A DNA stretch of 64,000 bases from the human T2T-CHM13v2.0 reference genome, Homo sapiens: the NCBI RefSeq assembly GCF_009914755.1, contig NC_060939.1. The stretch is one strand, 5' to 3'. This document shows positions 55,080 through 64,000 of the stretch, piece after piece; the stretch's first letter is position 1, and every line of letters begins with the position of its first letter. Below the pieces are notes generated by a model. The model made no database searches. It was not told where the DNA came from and saw only the letters and a program-made list of their open reading frames with translations. Made by a program: the position numbers and the translations under genes.

Positions 55080-56200
55080 AAAACTTTTTATTATGAAAAT
55101 CTGTAAATATAGAGAAAAGCAGACATTATATTATAATGACTGCTCATATCTTTATTAGGTTGGTGCAAAAGTGATTGCAGTTTTGCCATTAAAAGTAATG
55201 GCAAATGAATGAACCTAATACCAAGATTCAACATTTTTAGAATTTTGCCACTTTTGCTTCATCTATCTTCCTATTATTTTTCTATCATTTATCTATATCC
55301 ATCTATCTACCTACCTATATTTTTGATAAACCATTGTGACATTTCATCTATAAATAGCTCATCATGCATCTCCCAAAACAAAAACATTTTCCCACATGCC
55401 CACAAAACCATTTTAAAATCTAACAAAATTAAGTGATTTTCTAATATAATATAGCAATCAGATTATATTCAAACTTACCTCCTTGTTCTTAAAATTTTTT
55501 TATATAGTTTAGGGTTTTTTAAAAAACTCTAATTCTAACCAAGAAGCACACATTTCATATAATGCTAAATTTGTTAAGTTTCCTTAATCAAGAATCATTA
55601 CTTCCTTCTGTTTTCATAATGTTACCTAGATGAAGAGTCCAAGCTATTTTATTTAGTACAAATGTCCCACATTCTGAATTTGTCTAATTGTCTTCTTATG
55701 GTGTTTTTTAACTTGTTTACCTATTCCCTGTATTTCCTGCCATCTGGAATGTAGAGCTTAAGATTTGATTCATTTTAGAATATTTTAAGCAAGCCACATT
55801 CATGGGTGGCACTGAATTTCATTTCACATCACAACAGGAGGCAGGTAATGTCTGATTAAATTGCTCTTAGTGAAGGTGAGTTTACTCACTCAGTGGCAGT
55901 CAGGTTTTTCCATTGTAAAGCTGCACGCTTCTTATATAAAGATTAAGTTGTATATGGAGTGTTACTTAGGTACTTCCCAATCATCTATTACATATCAGCC
56001 TTTCCTCACTGTTTTAGCATCTGTTGATGGCCCTTGCCCTGTGAGCACCATTGAAACTACCCAGTTAGGTGAGTGCTGGTCCAGTTCTTCGGTCATTGAG
56101 GGAGGACATTCCTTGGGTACAGCCACCACCTCTCTGCCATCTCCGGGTTTCTCTGGACTCAGCCACTAAATCTGACATGCAAGGTGAACTCAATAAGGTA
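55080..56200 (-). mobile_element. Old L1MC-type 3' fragment
   Basis: ttattatgaaaatctgtaaatatagagaaaag...aatgtcccacattctgaatttgtctaattg. Confidence 0.7.
55155..55218. mobile_element. MADE1 (Hsmar1-derived MITE), right arm partly deleted
   Basis: TA|ttaggttggtgcaaaagtgattgcagttttgccattaaaagtaatggcaaa...aacctaa|TA. Confidence 0.9.
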
Positions 56201-57792
56201 TTGTTTTTAATGATCCTAAACTCTTTACTATTTAGCTGCAGAAGACAATATAGCAGGTGCCTGGAAATCCACGGAAAAATATAAACCAAGGTCAAATTTG
56301 AAGCTTATTTACCTGTTACACTGCCAAAGGCTATTCCCAAGAATTCCCAAACTACAACATAGCATGTAGAGAGCATGGCACATATATACATTTTTAATTG
56401 GGATCAGTCATTTGACCTCTTCCCCTTCTTTTGACTTGGTTTAAGCTGAGCCCCTTTTGGCCCATTTTAAAATTTCTGATAAAATTGATTTCAGGCCTCT
56501 GAGGGCAAGTGTTTTCCAAATTCTTTGAAAGAAAGCACATGGGCAATATTACGCACACCATTCTTTATTCTGAAAGCTGACTTGATGATAGGATAGGGGA
56601 CTGAAATCAAACATCTCTTCACTAACACATTGACCCCCTCACTGAACGAAAGCATAAAAGCACTGAATTTTCAGGTTCTCCATCCAAAAACCGAACTATT
56701 AAAAGACCTGAATACACAGGCCACAAAAGAAGAAATCATAATTACTACACACTGAAGGCAAAGCTTCCTTTTCTGCTCCATCAGACTGCAAGCATTTTGA
56801 GAACGGGGATTCTGCCCAATGCATCTTTGTCTCCCATCGCCAATGCTAGAAGCTTTACACTCAGTAGTGTTGAAGTAAATCTTTATTAACTGAGTTAGCA
56901 AGCAGCCCTCAATAATAAAATCAATGCAAATCGTAAGAACAAATGATCATTTTCAACTATCAAATTAGAAAACATTTTCAAACTGTTTAAAGATACTATA
57001 CCATTAACTGTAATAAAGCAAGGCTCAAAAGAGCATAAAGACTATGCATTTCTTAGAGCATAGAAAGAAATATTCCAAAATATTAACACCTACCTCTGGG
57101 AGGTAAGATAGGTAAGGTACTGTTTTTCTTATTCTTTGTTCACTTCAGTATTTTTCAACTGTAGTTCAACAAACATGTTCATGATCGGAGGAAGCAACAT
57201 TTACAAACAAAATGGGTCCTTGTCCTGCTTCCTCCAGGATACTGCATGTGTGGACCACAGACCCTGGGAAAGCAGTGATTATTCTGATCGTTCTGTGCAT
57301 GTGCTCTCTAGGACTAAATACCTAAGTGACCTTCATATAGTGGGCATGAATATGTGTAAGTGTGTACGTGTTGTCTTTCTTTTCTGTTTTATTTCTTTCT
57401 TCCCCAGCAGGTGTGTTTGAATAGCAGCCCATTACTGCTCGCTTGGTGCTATAAATATTTATAAGCATGCTCCAAGGAAGCTATTGTATCATAAACTGGC
57501 CAGTGGCATGGCCGGCTGCTATTTCAGAGTGGAGGTGTGAGACAGCTTCTGGGGAGGTGGGTTCTACCCAACACGAAGCGCTGCAGTCTGTGAGGCGTGA
57601 AGGTCTAGGCAGAGGTTTGTGAAAGATGTTAGTTCATCGCTGAAGTCGTGGACCTGATTGCTGTAGAGTAGGTTAAAGCTATTAAGTCCATGCTGCGTTA
57701 TATTTGCCTTAGTTTACAGAGACAGAGTTTTGCAGTTCAGTTAGCCCTTTTAACACACAGGGTTAAAAGTATTTCCATTGGTAGTTTTAAAG

Positions 57793-57794
<2 letters not shown>

Positions 57795-57846
<52 letters not shown>

Positions 57847-57873
57847 TTGAGAGAGAGAGAGAGATTGAGATTG
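57795..57873 (+). repeat. Compound (GT)n(GA)n microsatellite
   Basis: Read directly. Confidence 0.95.
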
Positions 57874-58171
57874 AGGCCAACTTTAGTGTGATAAAGGATA
57901 CTCAAAGCTTCTGGCCACTGAGTGTGCACCAAAGCCATGGAAATACCCTGCCTTCTCTGGGTGTGAAGGATGGAATCATGCGCGTATGGGAGACCCCAGA
58001 AATGAGGTCCTTTAAACTGGGACTCGGTACACCCTACACCAGAGAAAGGCTGAGCTCATTGCATTTGACCAGCACAAGTGTACAGGAGATGGCAGATACC
58101 CTCAACTCCAAGCACCTGTTCCAAACATTGCTAACACCAGAATGGTCTTTGGCAGTTAATAAATGACCTCT

Positions 58172-58551
<380 letters not shown>

Positions 58552-58574
58552 TTACCTGAGTCTCATGCAGTCGT

Positions 58575-58790
58575 CAGAGCTCTGAATCTAGGTTCCAGCT
58601 CTGAATCTGAAACTAGCTTTATGCCCTAATTCTGCCCTGTGGTACTCAGAACAAGTCACTTAAACACAGACTTACTTTTCTCATTTGTAAAATGCACACA
58701 TTGCACTAAATGTGTTAGAGCATGTAAAGTGTTCTCGACTGTGTTTGGTACATGTTAAGTGCTCAATAAATATTGGCTCTTATTTTATTA
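58575..58790 (+). mobile_element. MIR
   Basis: acaagtcacttaa...ttttctcatttgtaaaatg...aagtgctcaataaatatt. Confidence 0.7.
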
Positions 58791-58859
58791 TTACTACAGT
58801 AGATTTTTTACCTGGAGCAGGAATGCCTTAGTGGGGGCTCCACTCCTCCTCCTTCCTCC

Positions 58860-59210
58860 AATCCACCCATCCAGAGCCAAGCTTTCAATAAAGGTTTGAA
58901 GGCCTGGTGGTTTATCTGGGACATATTCCCAAGGAGGAGGAACAAGGGAGTGAAAGAGGGAGGGAAAACCCATGCATGAATGCATTATCCAGTTGGCCAT
59001 CACCACAGGGAACTGATACTTAGTTGAGCTGGAGCTTCTGAGGAAATGAATGAAATGGATCTCAGAACAGTCTGCCTGGGGGTGAAAGGCAGAAGCATTT
59101 ATTACTGGCTTAAGGCAAGGTGCTATCTTCTAGCACCTGCCCGGAGCTGGTTGAAATCTACTTGCAATGTTCACCATCAAGTACCTGTAACAAGGTGGAT
59201 TCTAGAAGAT
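58860..59210 (-). mobile_element. Old ERVL LTR (LTR16-like)
   Basis: gtggtttatctgggacatattcccaagga...ccaccacagggaactg...ctcagaacagtctgcc. Confidence 0.5.
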
Positions 59211-62200
59211 ATGACTCAGCTCATAAGAGGTGCCCCATATAGAAGGCTGAAACTTTGACCCTTTCTGGTTCAAACGCATCCAAGTCTGTCTGGAGGGCTG
59301 ATGGGTGGGGGCCACTCACAGGTCTAACTTGCAAGATCTAAGGAGTTTGATAGAAATGACAGATGACTGCACACGTCAGAGCTGACAACTAGCCTGGCGA
59401 ATAAGACCCCTCATGCATTAGAAAACAAATGCCACCCCTCAACAGCTCAAGAAGCACAGTGAGGGGTAGATACATGGGGTGGACATGTCAGGTGATGTGG
59501 TGATATGGAGGTCATGGGAGGAGAATGGGACGGTCTCTTGCATTAAGTGCTGGAATATTTGCTTTTGTCCCCACCCACATTGACCCCCCTCCCTCCATTG
59601 TCTGAACGTCACAGTCAAATGGTAGGAATTCCATAACCATGCAAAGTCAGAATATTGTGTCATGGAAGTTTCCAGAAGACCCTGAGAGCAGGAGACATAG
59701 AAGGACTTCTTGTTTGACCAGGAAGTAGAAATGGCCAATACAGGAGCATTTTACACCAGATTTTCTTAGAGTCAACCAGCCTTAGATACCTGAGGTGTGG
59801 GGTCCATCAAAATGGTCATCTGAGAAACCCAGGAATGTGGACACTGCATGTTTTGAGATACCCCAGAAAGAAAGATTTCTATGGTCCATCCTAGAAGGGT
59901 GATTCAGGAAATTCTATTTCATGTTATTGTTTTACTATTTTGCATCCTTAACTGTTAGTTCAAACAACAATGGTTAAAGTCACGCCTATTTCATCAGATT
60001 CGTTTGAGGATTACGTTAGCCAATATAAACGGGAAAAAACTTTGGTAATCTTAGAGAAACAAGAAGATTTCTTCTCCTCCTTCTTCTTCCTATTATTAGT
60101 ATTACTGTTATACTATTATTTCTGTAAAACACCATTAAGGCATTTTAATCACTTTTAGTGGGAATCTTCCTAAAAATTTATGATATATATCTGGGAATTT
60201 TAAAACAAAAGATATAGAAAACTGATGTTTTCCATTGGTGTTTGAGATTCTGCATTGTTAATATCCACATTGGCCTCTACTGTCATATAGTGTTGATATG
60301 TGATGGGTGATTTGTCACTATCCAGGATGGTCCTTCACTGACATGGTTTTTATGAATTTTTGCCTCCTCCCTTAGTATTAGACTGTCAGCTGTCACCTTT
60401 TTGTTGTCAGTCTTCCTGCCTCCTGTTCTCTGCTATGTTTCTAATCAGTACAGTGACCATATATTGTTAAGTAAACATTGAGAGACAAGATCTGGCAGAG
60501 GACATTTGTATCTTGAATGTGTGGGGTGGGAACCGTCAGCATGTATGTACACATGTTTATGAAACAATTTGGAACATGCCTCTGGAAGCCTGAATACTAA
60601 AAACTTCTGAAACACTGTGTGAAATAATACTGTCCCTGGGAAATCCACTCAGGTAAACTGAAAACAGCTAGGGCCTTGCTGAAGCACCATGTGAAAAGGG
60701 CAAACAAAATGGCACCAAATGCATGTAGATTAAACGTGTGGCAGCACAAGGTCTGGCCTAAGAATGACATTGAATTACTCCATTCTCCCAGCCATTATAG
60801 AGGATACATTTGTTCACACACGTTGTCTTCACACATTCTTGATAATGCACAGCCATGTCCTATCTAAAGAATTTTATTACTGCATATGTAAGCCAGGGCA
60901 GCTGGTAGGAAATTGAAAAATTCCTCCAAATCTTTAAAACTACTGACACACTTAATTTTGGGTTGGAGGATCTGGGTTCTGGTCAACCGAATGACTAAGC
61001 AAGTCACAATCCCTCAAAGAGAAATACTTTCTCATTTGCAAAATAAGGAGCCAGCCCATTTTTTAACTTTGAGCTCCTACTTCTGGAATGCAGATTTTCA
61101 AAGGAAAGGGACCTGAACGTTGAAAATCAGGATTTCGTCAAAAATAGTTGTTCATACTTGGGATAGCAACAGTAAGTTTTAGGCCAGCAAAATGGATATT
61201 AAAGTTCAGGACAGATGTCAACTTTGAATTTAAGCATTTTCTGTTATTTACTATACCCCATCTAGGCATAGCTAACTATAATGGTCAAAATATTTAAAAA
61301 CTACTATGGCACACAGACCAGCCAATTAGAACAGATAAATAACCAGTATGGTTGTACTGAGGGTTAGGAGGGGCAGTGAATATCAGTTCTGGGACTGTCA
61401 TTTTCTTGAGAGCACCATCTTTCACTACTTTGTTTGGTGCCTTTCTTGTAAAAACTGAAAACAAATGGGTGTTGTAGAAATGAATGATCGTGTGAGTGCA
61501 TGAACTCAAAAATGTTACAAATAGGTGACGACTGTCAAAGTTTATGCCTTTAAGAAAGAGGAGTGGGAAGAGAGAAGACCAAGGAACAGCATATTTTCTG
61601 AGCAAGATGAAAAAGAGGATGCAGTTAAGGAAACAAAAAGGAGTGATTAAAGTGTTTGTTTGAAGAAAAACAGAACAATGTTCTTGTTAGGCCAGGGAGA
61701 AAAATATTTCATAAGGAATTTGGCAATCAACGATGTCAAATTCTGTAGAGGGAACCACGTCCTGTTGCTTTTGGCCTTCTGGTCAGTGTTTTTTGTTTTG
61801 TTTTGTTTTCTTTGCTTCCCTTAGAGAATGAAGACTAAAAAAAAAAAGAGGCTATGGAAATAACAGATCACCACAGTTTCTTCTTTAGCAATTGGTGCAA
61901 AAGTTCAAAGGGGAAGGGCAGGCATAGCTGCAATATAAAAGCTTATCTGTGGACTTTATCTATGCATGATATCTCTTTCACTGCAGTCATTCCACACATG
62001 CTGAGAAAGAGAGCTTAGTCACTGCAATCTACCTTATGTCACATTCATAGGATTTCTATTCTGCCTGCCTGGTTCTAGCTAGCTGCCAGATGCTTTGCCA
62101 GATGTTCTAAATGTGGACATGGTTATTTAGCTCCTAGGGACTGCAGCCTCTAACAACCAAATCTAACAATTTTCACTGAGGGTTTTAGGGCATATAAATT

Positions 62201-62275
62201 GCAGATGATGAAGTGCACTTCTTTGAGGCCAAACAGAGTAATTGGCTAGAGTCTCTTACTCAATAAGCTCAGATT

Positions 62276-62582
<307 letters not shown>

Positions 62583-63911
62583 AAGCTCAGATCACTGGTT
62601 CAGACCACATATAGTCCAGTTTGTGTGGCCTATGTTCTGCAGCTAGGCCTCCATCCACATCCACAGCCATCTTGCTAGCGTGTGTCATAAGGCCACAGGA
62701 GCACGAAAGTGTGCATGATCAGTATAATCGTTTACTGTTACTGAAAATTCTATTAAGCAAATATTCCACCATATCAATAACAACTCTCCTCTCCTCTTCT
62801 TTATTCTTTACCTACTTACTAAGCTGAGAACCTTATAGGCAATAATCCTCAGACCAGCTCAAGGAAGCAACAACTATTATTATCTCCAATGCAGGGATAA
62901 ACACTATAGGTAGAGAAGTTGAGAGGTCATACAACTGGTAATCAGCAAAATCAGAACTGTTCATCTAGAAAGCCCAATTTTCTTAGTACTGTGTTTATCC
63001 TTTCTCATCAAAAGGGCAGCATATTATTGGAGTTTATAATGATTTTCCCATTAAGCCAAGTACATGCTAGCTCTTCACCTTCCTGAGAACAGAGACCACA
63101 GAGCCTTCTTCCAGGCCTCTGTCTCTTAGCCTCAGATGACTCCTATGCCTGTCACACTCTGTATGCCTGGTGAATCAAAGCACTGCCTGATTACACAAAG
63201 GAGAGTACTACCACTCTCTCCTGTGCATAAATTAAATATATATAAATTAAATATATATACATGTACACATTAGCCGCCATATCTCAACTTTAGACCCTAC
63301 GTATGTTACTTTCACATTTCTATACCTGATGCCCTATTTTGAGAGGGAGAAAGGGAGAGAAAAAAGAGAACTATGACCAACATAACTAGTCATTATTGTA
63401 CAATTATAGGGGATGTTTGTTCATGGAGCTTTAAACAGTAGTTTGCTACTGTCTCCACCCTTGAAATCCTGACAAAGATTGTGGGGTACCCTCTCAGAAT
63501 CATATGGGAAAAGTTTGATTTTCTTCTTTGACGATTGCAAGTATCTTCCTACCCAATCATTATCTAGATACTCCCTGAGGTTTGACATTTTGATATGTCA
63601 TGTTGAAGCGACAAAGTAGCCCTTATAGTATTGTGTATCCTGGATATTCCTGTGCTATCCCCTTCTCAGGTAGTTGCCCTCATGGGGGAGTTTGGCCTAA
63701 GGAAGTGTCCACAGGTAGCACAGACTTCACTGCTAGCTTCACAACATTCTCCACTGATAGGTTCTAAGCACAGCCACAGAGAAACTCCATGTATGGAGAA
63801 TTCTTGGGTTGAGCATTAGATTTTTGCTTCCAACAATATCACATGAGAAAATACATGTAATTTCAATCAACTTGCAACTTCACCTTCTTTAGATTTATAG
63901 AGCAGGTGTGT

Positions 63912-64000
63912 ATATTCATTGATCCAAAAATATGTATTGAGGCCTTATTATGTGCCAGGCACTGGAGAAATCATGGTGAACAGACCAGACACTTGCCTTC
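63912..64000 (-). mobile_element. L2 3' end
   Basis: attcattgatccaaaaatatgtattgaggccttattatgtgccaggcactgg. Confidence 0.75.

Noticed and set aside
61892-61904. ttggtgcaaaagt as a second MADE1
   Set aside because: Only 13 nt match, with no partner arm or TA duplication.

Overview
Primate (human-like) non-coding genomic DNA, intergenic or deep-intronic. It is AT-rich, CpG-depleted and dense in interspersed repeats: about 12 Alus (J and S subfamilies), three young L1PA 3' fragments, several old L1M elements, L2, MIR, CR1/L3, MaLR and ERV LTRs, and hAT and mariner MITEs. I find no supportable cellular protein-coding gene, tRNA, rRNA or CRISPR array, and I cannot identify the locus. The only protein-like ORFs are L1 ORF2 remnants. 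Repeat families are recognised from memory of consensus sequences, so subfamily names and the boundaries of old elements are approximate. The best observations are structural: a twin-primed 5'-inverted L1 (35.8 kb), a 5'-truncated Alu with a duplicated left arm (29.6 kb), and a TSD-flanked, internally deleted L1 with both termini, nested three deep (41.7-43.9 kb). There is also a candidate recursive splice site with a cryptic exon (57.4 kb), several enhancer-like motif clusters and several fold-back elements. None is established as a new biological system. All regulatory and splicing calls are motif-level hypotheses.
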